From Lama guanicoe (taxonomy: Eukaryota), in the NCBI GenBank assembly GCA_013239625.1, contig MU053758.1, forward strand, positions 3,039,854 through 3,103,853: a DNA stretch of 64,000 nucleotides, in the 5' to 3' direction. Positions 61,549 through 64,000 of the stretch are shown here, one piece after another. How positions within the stretch are numbered: position 1 is the first letter of the stretch; every line of letters begins with the position of its first letter. Under the pieces are notes generated by a model, which saw only the letters and a list, made by a program, of their open reading frames with translations, searched no databases and was not told the origin of the DNA. A program made the position numbers and the translations under genes.

Positions 61549-64000
61549 AGGTGCGAGCATCTTTCTACCCACTGAGAATACTCTCCAAATCTGGCTCCCA
61601 GCCGTGTCATCCCTAGAACCCACCCCATTCCTTCTTCGCCTGCCTTCTGCTCACCACTCACAACTGCTCCCCTCTCCCCATCTCACTTGCCTTAACCACC
61701 CTCCCCACCCCAGAGGCCAGTTTCTTTTCCCTCCAACTGTTCACCCCCAACACAGAAATGCAACTGAAAACCTAACTCCCAGAGAGGATCCTTTCTTAAA
61801 AAGACGGGTTGCCCGATTTCCTTTGAGCCTGCTGCCATATTTCTTTTCCCCAACCCAGAGGCAAGGACAGGAGCTACTGAACGGGGAGAGGGGAGGCTCT
61901 CCTTAAGGACCTGGCCACAGGACAAGAGGGACAGTGCCTGCCCTGTAGAGAACAGCTAGCCAGTCTGGGGTGAGGCTGGCGCGTGCCAGCGTGGGCATGT
62001 AGGGGCATGCAGGCAAGTGCAGGAGGAACAGGGGGAGCTCTACATGGGAGCTCAGGAACCCGGGTTCAACTGGTTCGCATTCAACTGTTCATGAGAGTCA
62101 TTTCCCTCTCTGAGCCTCAGTGGAGTCACCTGGACAATTGGTGGGAAGGATAGAACGAGTAATCTCAAAGTCCCCCTCCAGCTTGATTTCTAAATTGTAT
62201 GGGGATGGGAATGAATTTGGTTTCCTTGCAATTAGCAGCTTTTTTTTTTTAAGCTACCATTATCAACCGTGTTTTCATGATTACCAACAGCGCTTTTGTA
62301 AGGATTTCTTAGCATTTTATGTACATGAATTCATCTACTCACATCAACCCTAGGATGTAGGTACTGTGATCGTCCCTGTATACAGATTAGGAAACCAAGG
62401 CGCAGAGAGACTAAGTAATCAGCTCAAGTTGTGCAGCTGACATTCCAACTAGGCGAGTCTGGCTGCAGAGTCCACGTTCCTCCCCACTGCACTCAGCATT
62501 CCAGGCGCTGTGCTAAATGTTTGCCAAATCCTCTCCGTTTCGCAGTTGAGAAATCTGAGACTCAGAGCAGTTGAGCAACAGCTGAAGGTCACACAGCTGG
62601 GAAGCTGCAGAGATGAGATTCCCGCATCCGCCTCCTGAGTCCCGGCAGATCCTCAGGCCCTCAAAGCAAGTTGCAAAGTCTCTTTAAAAAGCATGTCTGT
62701 TCCTCCCTCTGGACCTCAGTTTCCCCAACTAGAGAAGGACTGGGGGTTGGACCCGCTGATCTTTGGGGTCCCTCGTAGCTCTGTGAGTCCATGATTTGAG
62801 AGGTGTGGGGCTTCTGGCTAAAAGAGCAGATTTGCAGCCTGGGATTGTAGTAGGGGGTGGAGGAGCGGGGATCAAAGGGCTGGCAATGGAAAGAAGGGGA
62901 AAACTGTTGGAGGTGGGGGCCGTGGGGGCCCTGAACCTGGGAAGATGGGGCAGTTGTATGAAGCAGCTGAGAGAAAAGAGAGAGAGAGGCCCTGTGCAGG
63001 GCTGGAGGTGGGGTTCCCCAGTGAGTCCCCTCCTTCTTCCCAGGCCACCACCCTTCAAGCTCAGGGTGGGCACATAAGAGCATTGGGCAAGGGAGCAGGA
63101 ACCAGGCCAGCAGCAAACCGAGGTCAGAACTTCTGGGACACAGCTTTTTGGGGAACGAGCATTGCTGGGGGTTTTGTAAATACTTGGAGATGTCCAGTTA
63201 TTTTAGAAAAATGTATTTGAAGCTGAGGTGGCGTGTTTGTGTGGTTGGCCTGACTTCCTGTTCACGACAGCTCTGTTACATTCCTCCCCTTCGGGAACAG
63301 AGGACTGGAGGCTCGGAGGGTCGTTTTTCCCAACTGCAACCTCACTAGGATGGGCAGACCAGCGGCCCCTGCACCCACACGCACTGGGCATGGTGCCCTC
63401 TGGGCCCCCAAGTTGTGCTGGGTCCCCCTCCCGCCCACACACACTCGCAGCCGGACCTATTAATATTTAATACGGCTGTGGGCGCTGCTGCTCCACGCTG
63501 ACTGCACCCGGGGCCAGCCTCATCCTTGTCTGGGTGCCGACTCCCAGCTGGGAGCCCGGCTGACAAATCTTGCGCAGTACGTCTGCGGAGGAGGGTCAGG
63601 TCATGAACTTACGAGATAAAAGAAAGAGTTTCATTGCCAGGCAGGCTCCGTTTTCAACGAGGCTCTTTTCACTTCGGACAATTAATGGAATCACCTTCGG
63701 CATGAGTGTCTCAGCTCCCACTGCCCCAGCTCTAGACCTGGAGCTATTGCAGCACCGGGACCCTTCAGACACTTCCTCATACATCACAGGTTGGACTAAC
63801 CTTCTCCCCTGCTTGGAGAAGTTGGGGTGTGGGCAGACATCAGGGCACCCAGTGGGCCTGTGGTGGGGACAGTGGCTGCTCCTCGATCCCAGACCCTGCA
63901 TGCTGGGTATACACACTACCAAAGGCCATTGCTGCAATAGTGGCCAGTAGGGAAGTTCAGGGGTGCACCTGCCTCTCAAGCATCCAGTGAAGGGTGCCAC

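Noticed and set aside
1..64000. CRISPR arrays, operons or prokaryotic defence systems
   Set aside because: The sequence is mammalian with spliceosomal introns; no regularly spaced repeat-spacer array was seen

Overview
This is mammalian genomic DNA, not prokaryotic. About 14 copies of a tRNA-Ala-derived SINE (vic-1-like) point to a camelid (alpaca or camel). The left ~14 kb holds the 5' half of TNS4 (tensin-4/CTEN) on the minus strand: a putative non-coding exon 1 (~13882-13950) and five coding exons (10244-9806, 4853-4430, 3244-2820, 718-632, 283-158). All have canonical GT-AG junctions and join in frame (1501 nt), reaching into the SH2 domain; the gene continues beyond position 1. The remaining ~50 kb is upstream intergenic DNA (towards CCR7 if human synteny holds), dense in SINE, LINE, LTR and DNA-transposon fossils and candidate enhancers. 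Almost all other ORFs in the track look spurious. I find no convincing new protein-coding system. The most notable items are a MER41-like solo LTR with altered STAT sites, an apparently perfect 557-bp tandem duplication, a 141-bp dispersed duplication with one-sided CpG decay, a uORF/hairpin in the TNS4 5'UTR, a possible intronic TATA promoter and a Charlie-type transposase fossil. Repeat family names are from recall of consensus sequences, and repeat boundaries are approximate unless TSDs are given.
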